A stretch of 49,300 nt of DNA. Origin: Tricharina praecox (Eukaryota). The stretch spans positions 372,001-421,300 of the forward strand of contig NW_026250434.1 of assembly GCF_024521635.1 (NCBI RefSeq), in the 5' to 3' direction. Below, in pieces: positions 1 through 11,967 of the stretch. The notes under the pieces were generated by a model, which ran no database searches, was not told where the DNA came from, and was given only the letters and a program-made list of their open reading frames with translations. The translations under genes and the position numbers were made by a program. The stretch's first letter is position 1; each line of letters begins with the position of its first letter.

Positions 1-145
1 CGCGGGTAGGACTGTGAAGGGGATACTACGCCTGCCAGCGAGCAGGATCGCGAAGAAGTGGAGGGATGGATGGGAGCGTATGACAGCTACGGCTTTCGTC
101 CACGGGTTTTGTTTTATTTTACGCCAACCGTCGTAGAACAACAGA

Positions 146-180
146 CCACCACCACCACCACCACCACCACCAACACCACC
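146..180 (+). repeat. (ACC)n microsatellite
   Basis: Run of accaccacc... with one interruption. Confidence 0.9.
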
Positions 181-785
181 AGCATGACCTCGCCAATCTC
201 GGACCCCATTCCGCACCCACCAGCGACACAAGCGAAGGGCAGATCCAGATCATCTGCCACTTAACCGAAAGCATCATTCGCCAAATTATAGGGCCTGACG
301 GCTAACAGCGGCAAAACCCTGCATGAGTGGAATCGGGCATGTGACGATTGCGGCGGACGGAAAGAAACGAGATCCCAGCGATGGGATTCCGTGAAATCTT
401 TGTTACCTAGTACCTAGGCCAGGCCACTCGACTCGATGAGGGGGATGGGAAGGCGCTGGAAGGAATCTCGCGGGGAACAGCATCTGGATAGGTGGGAATC
501 ATACGGTACCGGTACTCGATGCTGGAATGATATCGAAAGGGGAAAGAAGTCGTCTTGATCTCGAGGGATGGGGATAGGGATGGGAATGGGAATGGGATGG
601 TGGGAGGTCGGAAAATTGTTATATCAGCCCCTTCCTCTCCCTCGGCCGTCCTGTTTTCTTTCTTCTTCATCGTCTACCTATCGACAAAGAAGCTCTCTAA
701 AGCGAACTCCTCCGCCAAATATCCCTACTTATTTCCCGCAACTCCATTACCCTTCAATCTCCAACAGTGTCCTCAAGCCTCAAAG

Positions 786-899
786 ATGGGTTGGCGTTGC
801 CCGAAATGCGATGTTATCCTTCCCGACCACTACCGCATCTGCATGAGCTGTGGCCAAGCTCCGTTTGTCCGTCGCTCCGGTAAGCAATGCGCTCCATGA
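786..899 (+). CDS. 37-aa micro-ORF with RanBP2/NZF-type zinc finger
   Basis: MGWRCPKCDVILPDHYRICMSCG fits W-x-C-x2-C-x10-C-x2-C but lacks the usual Asn. Preceded by a pyrimidine-rich leader. A possible GTAAGC donor near 880 could extend it. Confidence 0.4.
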   Translation: MGWRCPKCDVILPDHYRICMSCGQAPFVRRSGKQCAP

Positions 900-1626
900 G
901 GAGGAGGAGAAGGAGGAAGAGTGAATGAGCGTGGCTGATGTTTCGTGGAAAGAACTCCGCAAGCACTGCTACGGGCAGGATCATGAAGAGCTTGCATGGC
1001 TTTGCTCCCGGCGGACTTCCACCTACCTGTCGACGAGTGGTGCTGCGAGGCTCCATGAAGATTCCTGACGTGAGGGGATGAGAGGGGGACTTACTCGAAG
1101 TCTGATGGTAGTAAAAGTTGGTCAGCGGGGAGGGGCGGTGTATGCTCTGAATTCGGATTCTGATATCTATTCTTCTTTCGAACGTGGCCGAATGCGGGAG
1201 ATGTGTACTGAATGCACGAAGTAATACGGATATTTGTTCTCATCACACCCCGCTCATAGGCTCGTATTCGAGTGTGTTCCCGTCCCTCCCGTGAAACCCT
1301 ACCGGCGAACGGGCGGGCGCAGGTCTCCTCCTCGGTTTCCTTCGTAGGAATCCATATGTAGGCGAAGAACTCATATCGCCGGGACTCGTGAGGTGTGAGG
1401 TGTGCTCCGCAAAGCAGCCTTTCAGTCGGAGACTACATAGAGTGACAAGCCAACGCCTATATCTGGGTAGATTGAGGGTGTCCTCCTTCCCCTCTTCCGT
1501 CGACATTATGTACAAACAATCACGAAGAGCGGCACGGTTTTTTTACGTTTAAATTTTTTCTTCTGGATTTTATATTAAAAAAAGAAAAATTGATGACAAA
1601 TATTACGCCCTTCCATGGTCTCCTCG

Positions 1627-2427
1627 CAGGGCTGTCAACCGTCCGTCCGGACTAGTTTCGTCCCGGGCAGGCTTTCCAGCGGATTGATCCATTCCGTCCG
1701 GAGGATGAAAAGCCCGGATACCCGCCAGGTACCTATCATAGGTACCTGATAGCACTAGCGTGTTATGCTGACTACTACTAGATGATTTCATTAGTACTGG
1801 GATAGGCTGAATCTTGGCGCTGCAAGATGAGGCTGATGACAGTGAGAGGGTCTCCCTCTCATCACCCAACAGTCCCAACCACCACAACTATCATGATGAC
1901 AATGTCAAAAAATGTTTGAGGGAAAGAAAAGGTCTTGAACAGTGGTTGTGGTGATAATTAAATCGCTGTTTTGAAGAAAAATGAGAAATGTATGAAGGTT
2001 GCACAACAAGGCTGAGCCCCTGTCGTCAGCCTATCCCAATACTAATGAAGTCATCTAGTAGCTTGCGTAGTAGTCGCGCGGTGGCTTTCAGCCTTGAGCA
2101 GAATTTTCAGAGTCACAAAACAATTCAATTGGGCTCAGGGGATAGACAGTGCTGGAATTAAGATCGAGGATTGTGACAGTTCTATATGTACCGTGAGAGA
2201 CACTGGGATATACAGCCGTACAGCCACACGTGCTCACACCGGCGCCACTGTGTGGCACCACGCCACTAGCAGTGTCCTAGTGTCCCAATCCATTCCGGGC
2301 CCTACAGGGTATCGGTCCTCATTTTTCCAGCCCGGAAGACTGTAGTCCTTGGTCTCCTCAGCCCGACTAATTCTGTCCCGGGCCGGGCAACCTCAAAGAC
2401 GGACGGGACGGACGGTTGACAGCCCTG
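1627..2427. mobile_element. hAT-type MITE, copy 1 (inverted relative to copy 2; contains nested MITE)
   Basis: TIR CAGGGCTGTCAACCGTCCGTCC at both ends. Body is homologous to 18429-18964 in reverse orientation. 8-bp flanks tctcctcg/tcttccag match at 5/8 (degenerate TSD). Confidence 0.9.
1778..2058. mobile_element. Tc1/mariner-type MITE nested in hAT MITE
   Basis: 33-bp TIR CTAGATGAYTTCATTAGTAYTGGGATAGGCTGA with 2 mismatches. TA at 1776-1777 and 2059-2060. The empty site (gactactagtttgcg) is present in copy 2 of the host MITE. Confidence 0.9.
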
Positions 2428-2965
2428 TCTTCCAGGTCAGGATCTGCCTGAAGGCTCCGAGCACCTTCGTCTTCTTCGGCTTCGCCAGATCCGTCCGCGT
2501 ATCGGCTATCTTCTTTATCAGCCGGATCTCGTCTGCTAGCCGTGCGACAGCCACATCATCTCCCTTCCGCCAGCAATCTTGGGCGGCCACAACGAGCTCT
2601 TCAGCTCGCTTGACCAGGCCCTTGTCGCGCAATGAGGTCAAGGCCGTGGGATAAGGGGAAGGGGCAGGGGCAGGGGCAGGGGGAGGCGGAGGATGAGGGA
2701 GAGGTAGGGAAAACCCAGAGGCCGGCCGGCGTGTGTTCTCAGCGTGCGGCAGCTTTGCCCCGTCCGGATCCTCGGTCGCCCGCCTCTTCGACCTAGTGCT
2801 AGCACCAGGAGCGACGGCGTGACCGGGACCAGGAACGGACGCAGGTGCTGGGGGGACGGGGGGAGGAGGAGGGGGAGGAGGGGGAGGGGGTTGACTTCCC
2901 GTCCGGGACTTCCGCTTTACGGGTAGAGCTCCTTCAGGTTTGTCGGTCGCTCTTCTTTTGACCAT
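2393..2965 (-). CDS. Orphan basic/Pro-rich protein, 3' end interrupted by hAT MITE
   Basis: ATG at 2965 after a CT-rich leader. Two KRRAT-x-x-P-[ED]-GA...polyPro repeats and a helical C-terminal part. Last 11 codons read into the MITE TIR. Confidence 0.55.
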   Translation of the reverse strand: MVKRRATDKPEGALPVKRKSRTGSQPPPPPPPPPPPVPPAPASVPGPGHAVAPGASTRSKRRATEDPDGAKLPHAENTRRPASGFSLPLPHPPPPPAPAPAPSPYPTALTSLRDKGLVKRAEELVVAAQDCWRKGDDVAVARLADEIRLIKKIADTRTDLAKPKKTKVLGAFRQILTWKTGLSTVRPVRL

Positions 2966-3239
2966 TGTGGGAGTGGGGAAAAAGTAAGTGTGGGAATGTG
3001 AAGATTGTAGCAGGAAGTGGAGGGGGAAGTGGTCGAAAGAAGTGCGATGGAGAGAAAAAAGGAAAGGAGAGGAGAGGTGGGGATGGGTCATTTTATAGGT
3101 GAACCTACTATCGACGGAAACCGGTTTTCGACCTCAACTAGCCGTTGCAGCCCTTCATATGCTGTCACTCGCCACTTGGTAACTATTTGGCCGACAGTCA
3201 GATGGCCGAGGCCGCGTAGGGCAAGGTCTCCATACCCCA

Positions 3240-3795
3240 AACAGTACCGAGTACTACACTGCACTACCATCAACACAAGTTTTCATTCCAGCCCGTTGCC
3301 CACAGCCACAGTGTGTACTTGCCAGTACTGTCAGCGGCAAGACGTCGATTGCGGTACTGCTCTGCACTGCACGGTTATGGTGGTTTCGTAGGTATACAAC
3401 TCCATGTAACGTACCAGCTCTGGCTGCAGCCAGTACTCGCCAGTCCAGTACTCGGTAATACATATGGCAGTAGCGTTCTGTACTGAGCAGCACTGATGAC
3501 TGCAGAGCTGTACCACCGAATGTGGCCTCCCCGCGGCCGCCGCAGCCAGTAGCCGTCAGTACCGCGTCCAACAATGCGGGGGTAGCGGTACTGCACAGTA
3601 CCCAGCAGTACTGACCGTTTCGCAGCTGTACCGGTATCCTGCCTGTGATGGCCGCAGCCGGTACGCGTCATTACCAGACCCGCTGATGCGGTGATAGCGG
3701 TACTGCTCTGTACCGTGTGGTACGGAGTGTTTGTACTTCCTATGATAGTGACATAATGATTCCGTGAAGGGTATGTAGCGTGCGGCGTATGTACA
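3240..3795. repeat. Degenerate GTAC-core repeat tract
   Basis: About 20 GTAC sites in ~550 bp; recurring GCGGTACTGC/CAGTACT motifs in both orientations. Confidence 0.6.
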
Positions 3796-5146
3796 GGGTG
3801 CCAGGATTAGTCGTGGCCACCTCCATTTCGCCGTCAGTGCCAAGGGCATTTGATCTCCACACAAACGTTCATTATATCTCACTCATTTTGCTGCGGTCGG
3901 CTAGGGTATGAAATGGAGGTGGTCATGACTTAAGGCTTCCTCCTTGTGCATAGAGTACCTTGTATGTATGTGGACACTTTAGGCTTCACCCGGCGCCCGC
4001 TCGCTTACAAATCCCGACCGAGCCTCCCGCCGCCTGGCGCATCCTTGTACAATCGGTGAACCATCGGGTCGGTGGGCGGGCGACACGGGCGAAACGGGCG
4101 GTGATTCGGTGTCTGTCGAGAGCGTTATCATTCCGTCTTGTGTCTTTAGTGGGGAAAGCGGCGAGAATTTATGGGTACATAACAGTCGCATAAACGGGAA
4201 AAAGAAACAAAAACGTTATCGTACATACTCTACCGGAGCTTCGACGGAAACATTTCCCCGCACAGTCGCTGGCCACACACACAGCACCTCTTTTCATCAT
4301 ACATTGAATACCTACGGTACTGGGTTTACTAGTAGAAGCACAGAAGGATTCGATATGAAATCTCACCAGCCCTATGTATGGAGATCTTGCATGCGAAACT
4401 TTCCGGTGTGTGGAACACTATGTGACCAATCGGGCTTTCAGGTACATATCACATTTCGGATTGTAGGTATCGTGACTCGTGGCAACTTCGCAGGCAAAAA
4501 AGCTCACATTGACGATTGAAATCTTCAGCGAAATGCTACGTATCGTGATCCGGATGCGACAGCAGGTACTCTACATACGAGTAAAAGCGGCTGAACTTTG
4601 AAGCCTGGACGTTCTGCAACTACTCTGGTTAGCCCGGACTGAGGTAATCCCGGTGTAACTGAATAACTTGGTCCCTGCCCCCCCCCCTTCCCCCCGCCCC
4701 GCACCGGCTGCTAGGTAGAGATCCATGAGAGCTCAACGTCGCGATCCGCAGCTGATAAGGCGGTTTCTCCGAGAGGAATACCTATGGGATGTCACGAGAC
4801 CAATCGCTAATGCGCCGATTCGCCAATTCGCCGATTCACCGGAACTTCCTCGGCGTGAGCACTAGCCGTCCGAATCCATTCAGTCCTGCCTATTCCATTC
4901 GGAGCCAGCTGAAAGATGAGGCGCAGGGGTACGTGTCGTACGTCATGTCGGCTGGGCCAATCACCCCGCAAGTGATCGCATCTCATCTGGCAGGAATTCC
5001 ATCCCCCCAACACCCCAACACCCATCATCCGCTGTTGATCCCTCCCGCCCATCGTTCATCCTCTATAATAGCCCCCCCTCTAGCAAGGAAAGAACGGAAT
5101 CGACAGAATTTTTTAATCGCTAGCATAGCAACACGATACCGTAGCT

Positions 5147-8100
5147 ATGGGCAGATCTCCCGACCGTCGCTACCGTCGCGAGAAATCCGACGAGGAGGAG
5201 GACCGCCGCCGCAGCTCGCACAAGGAATCGCGCCGATACCGCAACAGATCCGACGAGGAACGGAGCGACGATGAGTACGAGAAGCAGAAGAAGCAGCGAA
5301 AGAAGCAGGAGAAGGAGCTGAAGAAAAAGAAGGAGAAGGAGAGTCGCGGGCACAGAGCCGAGGAGTATGATCGCGACAGCCGCAGGGGAGGCTATGAGGA
5401 TCGTGAGCGCGAGGGCCGCCGGGGAGGCCATGAAGAATATGATCGCGAGGGCCGCAGGTCAGGCTATGGGGATGAGTACGGTCGCGGCGGTGAACACTCT
5501 GGCCGCGGCCAGGTGGAGTATGTTTCCTCTCATGCGCCGCCGCAGCCGCAGGGACAGTATCAGCCTTACGGCCCAGGTCCTGCTTCCGGTTACCGTGGCG
5601 AACATGAACGGTCCGGACATCATCAGCCCTATGGCAATGGAGACTATCAGAGAGGACCGGAACCCGGATACGAACAACCACCTCCGTCGCAGTACGCCCC
5701 CTACAATTCTCCGTCTCCGTACGGCCAACCCCCTCGTTCTCCCTCATACGCTCACGTTTCCCCTCCGACCGCTCATGGATTCCAGGGTCAGTACCAGCCC
5801 CCACCACCTCAAGGTGGTTACCAAAACCAATATCCACCGCCGCCTGGTCCTCCTCCTCCACTCCAGGGAGCGTATCAAGCCCAGTACCCACCGCCATCCG
5901 GTCCTCCTCCTCCTCATCAACCCCAGGGAGCTTATCAGGGATATCCCCCACAGCCACTCCAGGGCGTCTATCAAGCTCAGTACCCACCACTCTCCGGTCC
6001 TCCTCCGCCCGCACAAGTCTACCACGGCCAATACCCTCCTCCTCCTCCCGCACCCGCTTTGGGGGGCTCGATGGGTGCCCCGCCAGCCCCAGCCTCAGCT
6101 GGCGGAGTCGCCGGTATAGCCGCCGGTCTGGCTGCTGGCCTCAGCTTCAACTCTCGTCCTCAGTACGCTACCGGGGGTACGGTCACTGCAGGATACAAGC
6201 CTCAAGCACACTCCACTGCCCAGGAGGCCGGCGAGGGAACCGGCAATACCTTCTTCTCCGGCAGGCTTTCGACACCCTCGACACCGAACCAAGGCGGGTC
6301 CGTCCTCGACACATTCTCCAAAGGATTGAACAACGCATTGCACGGATACGCGCGAACCCTGTTTCCCGCTACCTCCTCGTTTTCGAATACGGGTCAGGTA
6401 AACTTTGCGCCGGAAGCTCATACCGGGGAACGATTCGAGAGTTTTGCGCCAGTGCGCAACGGCAATGCCGCCAAGTGGTATGTCGATGGCAAGGATTACA
6501 TGTTTGCCGTCTCGGTAGCACTAGAAAGAGCTCGCGAATCGATCTGGATCTTGGACTGTATGTTGATTCTCTCGATGACTGGAGCGAGAAACCCGATACT
6601 GATGACCGACACTCAGGGTGGTTGAGTCCAGAGCTATACTTACGCCGACCGCCGAAATATAATGAGCAGTATCGATTGGATCGTATGCTCCAGGCCGCCG
6701 CAGCGAGGGGAGTTCTTATCAATGTCGTCGTCTACAAGGAGGTTACTCAGGCTCTGACCCGTAAGGATTCTCCCCTTCTCCATGGTGGACGCTCTGCAAC
6801 CAGCAGACTGACTCGGTGTATGTTGTAGTTGATTCCCATCACACCAAGCACGCTTTGGAGGACTTGCATCCCAACATCTGCGTCTTCAGACATCCCGACC
6901 ATTTACCGGATCGCGACAACGTCATCCGTGACACATGGTCGAAGATCAAGTCTGGCAATTACAAGCTTGGCGACGGACTCAAAGGGTAAGTTCAGGGCGG
7001 AGGATGCCGCGTCAACTCAAATGGTTGCTAAACGATTACAAGGATCTACGGCTTCAAGGATGACATCACCCTGTACTTTGCTCACCACGAGAAGCTTTGT
7101 CTCATTGATGGCACTATTGCTTTTATGGGAGGCCTGGATCTGTGCTTCGGACGAGTATGGATTTTCCCATTACGCCTTCCGTACCCGGGATCTACTGACC
7201 CATCATGTGTAGTTTGACACGAATGAACATCCCATTGCTGATGCCCATCCAAGTGATATCAGCACGGTCATCTACCCCGGGCAGGACTACAACAATGTAA
7301 GCATGGCATGTCGTACCGAGGGTGAAGTACTGACAATCGCGATCAGGGTCGATTTTTGGATTTCCAGCATGTCAACAAATGGGAGGAAAATGTTGTGTCC
7401 CGCCTCGAGCATTCAAGGATGGGCTGGACCGATGTCGCCATGTCATTGGTCGGCCCAGGCGTCGAAGACCTGAAGACGCACTTCATACAGCGGTGGAACT
7501 TCATCTACGATTCCAAATACGATGCTCGCGGCGTCGTCAAATACAAACGCCTGGACGATTCCGCCATCAGGGGTGGCCACGGCTACCACCGCCGTCACCT
7601 CAAGGAGAAGCTCAAGGAGAACCTCTACGAGGATGGTGACTACCCGGAGGGTGATTACTACGGTAGACCACCTCCCAGGCGTGAGGAGCCCGAGGGCGTT
7701 CGGATCCAGATCTGCCGTTCGATCAGCAAGTGGTCTCATGGCACAATCGAGACGGAGCACTCCGTTGCGAACGCGTACATCGAGATCATCCAGGCGGCCA
7801 GACATTTCGTCTACATGGAGAACCAGTTCTTCATCACTGCTACCGACCCTAACCAGAAGCCGATCCTGAACATGATTGGACGCGCTATCGTGGACAGGAT
7901 CATTCGTGCGCATCACGATGCCGAAAGGTTTAGGATCGTCGTGGTCATCCCTGCAATCCCTGGGTTCGCGGGAGATTTACAAGGCGATGATGCTCTTGGC
8001 ACCAGGGCGATTATGGAGTTTCAGTACAGATCGTGAGTTCATCTTCCCCGAGTTTAGGTGATGTTCTGTGAATACTGATTACGTAATTGGCAGTATAAAC

Positions 8101-9267
8101 CGTGACCGTGGATACTCCATCTACGAGCAGCTCAAAAAGGCCGGCGTCGATCCGAAGGAATACATTCGCTTCTACAACTTGAGATCGTACGACAGGATCA
8201 ACACTGCTGGAGCGAAGATAGGAGGCGAGCAGACGGGTGTCAACTACGAGGCTGCCGCCCGAGCTCACGACGAAGCCGTTGGCGGTGGTGTCGGCTACGG
8301 TGCCCAAGGCGGCCAGGCAGGGCAATACGGAGCACCTGTCAGGGGTGACGAATATACCCGCTATCAAAAGAACGCACCTAACCTCCGCTCCAAGGGGGAA
8401 TGGGACTCTGTTGCCAAGTGTGTCATGCTCGGCGGAGGCGATATCCGCCAGGTCCCGTGGGATGGAAATCCTGACGAGGAGATCAACGCTTTCGTCAGCG
8501 AGGAACTATACGTGCATTCCAAGGTACGTTGAAGCGCTTCGTCTCACTGTTTTCTAGCTGACCCGAATCCGTAGCTTCTGATCGCCGATGACCGTATCGT
8601 CCTCATGGGTTCCGCCAACCTCAATGACCGTTCGCAGCTCGGTGACCACGACTCGGAAATCGCCTGTGTCATCGAAGACCCGACCCCTCTGCCATCGCAC
8701 ATGAACGGTCGCCGATACACTGCAGCACACTTCGCGGCGACGCTTCGGCGGCAGATCTTCCGCAAGCACCTCGGTCTCATCCCCGCGCAGAACTTCCACA
8801 CAGTGGACGAAAACATGCAGCCCGTTCCGGTGCCCAACATCTACGACTTTGACTCTCCGGAAGACCGACTCGTCGAGGACCCGCTGTCGGACGAGTTCTG
8901 GGGCTTCTGGAACCAGACGGCAAAGATCAACACGGACGTCTTCGCGAAGGTGTTCCACTCCGTGCCGCACGATCTCGTCACGAACTGGAAGCTGTACGAC
9001 GAGTACTGGGGTAAACACTTTGCGACGCCCAAGCCGGCGAAGAAGGAGGCTGGCGTCGAGCCCGAGAAGCCAAAGCCCGCTGAGCCGTGGGGTCACGTGG
9101 TGCGAAGCGAGTTCTCGCCTGGCGCGCAGGGCGCAAGGGAGGTTAAGGAGATACTTAGTGCTGTCAGGGGTATGTTGGTGGAGATGCCGCTGGATTTCCT
9201 TAGTGAGGAGGATATTGCCCAGGAGGGGTTGGGACTCAATGCCCTCACTGAGACGCTTTATACTTGA
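5147..9267 (+). CDS. Phospholipase D (two HKD motifs, no PX/PH), multi-exon
   Basis: Motifs AKWYVDGKDY, DWWLSPELYLRRPP (spliced after 6557), HKD1 AHHEKLCLIDG, GGLDLCFGR, YMENQFF, HKD2 YVHSK|LLIADDR and GSANLNDRS. Long R/E/K-rich then P/Y/Q/G-rich N-terminus. Canonical introns. Confidence 0.95.
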
Positions 9268-9867
9268 TGGGATATACACGGGGGATAATTCTTTTTCTTT
9301 CAACGTTTTTCCGACTTTTTTTAAGGTCTACGATGTATAACGAGTACAATGTATGTCTACGGGGAGGTTCTTCTTTTACTGTTTTTTGTGGGTTATCGTA
9401 TTTCGATTTCCGCACACGACACCTGCCTGCCGCACGTGAAATTGATATCCGTACATAACATATAGGCCGGCATTTAGCCCCAGCCTCCAGCCCCACTGCA
9501 GTGGCTCACCATCCTGCCGCATGCAGCGATTTTCCGGCTCGGTGCTCAATTCAGCCACTTTGAGATTTACCGTCCGCCGTTGTGGCACCACAGGCGAGCA
9601 GCAAGCTCCCGCTCATGGGATGCATGGGCTGGCAGGGCGGCAATCTCGTATGTACCGATGCCTGCCGCATGGATGCGGCCATGGATGCGCGCCATGGCCA
9701 TGGGTATATGGCTATGTATGCTGCTGCTGCTGCTGGTGTCCGGCAGTAAGCACGCACGCACGCACGTCGCAGACTGTGTAGAGTAGGTAGAGTACAGTGG
9801 AGAGTATAAAGCAGGTTGATCCGCTCCCCCACCTCAACGGGTCCCGAATAGCACATTTAGCCTGGAG

Positions 9868-9926
9868 ACACACACACACACATAAACACATACACACACG
9901 CACACATACGTGCACATATACACACA
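9868..9926 (+). repeat. Imperfect (CA)n microsatellite
   Basis: acacacacacacataaacacatacacacacgcacac... Confidence 0.85.
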
Positions 9927-9979
9927 CTCTCAATTACTCACACAGTGATAAATTACTCAGACGCCGGAAAAGAACAGGC

Positions 9980-11967
9980 ATGATGTCTTCGCACCCTGCG
10001 GCGGGCCACGGCCACGGAAACGGCCACGGAAACATCGAGGTCGACCCGATATGGGATAACGACGACGACTCGACATATGAATCCGCGGGGTATCACTCTC
10101 CCCTCTTAGCCCTCCCACCCCTCCCCTCCTCATCCTGGGTGTGTGTGTGGGGATTGACGGGAGATGTGGAACGAAGCTCTGGCACCAGCATCGGGAGCAT
10201 CACGCACAGCATCCACGAGTACGTATTCGAGAACGGCCGCAGGTATCATACGTACTTTGGCGTGGATAAGTATATCATTCCTACTGATGAGGTACCCCAC
10301 CATCCCCATGCGTCCCCGCCGCACGGTTGCTGAGGTTTCTGAGCTGACGGGTGAAGTAGCAAGAGCGGGATCGGTCTGTACACCTTTTCATAATGCATGC
10401 GTGGTGAGTGGGTGCTGATCGTGGAGAAGACTCGACCTCAACCATGAAGTCCTGCTGCAGCAGCTGCGCGGCGAGCTGCACGGTGCGCCGGCGCCGAAGG
10501 AGCCGAAGCGGATCCTGGACGTCGGCACGGGTAGCGGGATCTGGGCCATCGATATGGCCGAGAAGTACCCCGACTGCGAGGTTTTGGGGATTGATCTTAG
10601 GTGAGTGCGTGAGTGGGTTGGTGTGCCGAGTGATGGTTAAGGATTAAGGATGGCTGATAGGGGAGGATAAATAGTCCGATACAGCCGAATTGGTGAGTGA
10701 GAGTGCATTGGATTGGCCTATGAGCGGTACGGATAGACATGACGGGACCGAGTGAACTGAGATTCGCAGGGTGCCGCCGAACTGGTATGTCCCCCGCCTC
10801 CCTCCCCAAGTAGCTCTGTGCGATACCGTACTCAGCTCATTCCGGTACTAGTCGCTTCGAGATCGACGATGCCGAAGAAGAGTGGATCCATGTGGACGTG
10901 AGTTTCCACGGAGCCTTCGGTCAAGACTTTGTGGCGCTGACCCGTGGGGACGGTCTCAGAACTCGTTCGATTTCATCCACATGCGGAATTTGAACCAAGG
11001 TTGTCTCCTCCTCCTCCCCAGCGGCAGTGATGGAGGACCGGCATTGACCGCGCAAAGGGATCTCACACTGGGATCACGTCCTGTCTGAAGCCTACCGGTA
11101 GCTTCTTCTCCTGCTTCTCCCCAAGCCCCCCAAGCCCCCCAAGCCCCCCTCCCCCCGAGTACCCCGGTCGTATTAACACCCCACCAGCTGCGCCAAACCG
11201 GGCACGTACCTAGAGCTTTCGGAGAGCGGGCAGAAGTTCTACAGCGACGACGGCAGCATATCCGGCAGCAGCGCGATGCTGTCGTTCACGCAGAAGCTGG
11301 GCGAGGCGATGTTGCGGATCGGGCGGCCGCCCATGAGCGACGGAATGCAGGAGGCCATGCTCATGCGCGCAGGATTCGTCGATATTCACTCGTTCACCTT
11401 GAAAATGGTCATGGGGCCGTGGCCGAAAGATGCTGTGAGTGCGCTTTCCGATGATCGGGGGGAGAGAGGCAGGGGCAGAGAAGGAGCGGGGTTGATGATG
11501 AGACATGCCTACGCAGAGGATGAAGAAGATTGGAATAATGAACTGGGCGCAGAGCGAGTCTGCGTTTCAAGCTTACAGTACTCCCACTTCCCTTCCCCCC
11601 GCTCTTCCTCCCGGCTGACAAAAAGAAGGCATGGCCGCCCTAACACGGATTCTCGGCATGTCCTATGAGGAAGCGGACAGGATCTGCCGCGAAGCGCTCG
11701 ACGAGACAAAGAACAAGAGCAAGCACGTGTACCTGAAGCAGTGAGTTCCCAGTTCCAACTTCCAACTTCCAACTTCCCATTCATTTCCAGGACGAGGGCG
11801 GTTTTGGGACTTGGCTGATGCGTGGGAGCGGCAGCTATGTGGCGTACGGACGGAAGCCGGCGGGCGACGAGAGGAATACAAGGAAGAGGAAGGCGCGTGA
11901 GGAGTCGCCGGATAGTGGGGATAGTGGGGATAGTGGTAAGGGGAGTACGCTGCGCGGAGTTCGGTAA
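9980..11967 (+). CDS. LaeA-like/TAM class I SAM-dependent methyltransferase, many exons
   Basis: Motifs ENGRRYH, PTDE, RILDVGTGSGIWAIDMA (motif I), GIDLSPIQPNW, VPPN, FEIDDAEEEW, FDFIHMRNL, GPWPKD and YVAYGRKP; stop TAA at 11965-11967. Confidence 0.9.

Noticed and set aside
4395..4411. GAAACTTTCCGGTGTG also present near 22747
   Set aside because: 16-bp match with no extended homology; insufficient to call a repeat
5145..6053. 302-aa minus-strand ORF, and similar antisense ORFs at 8554-9303 and 43975-44700
   Set aside because: Antisense to well-supported GC-rich genes (PLD, T7H)
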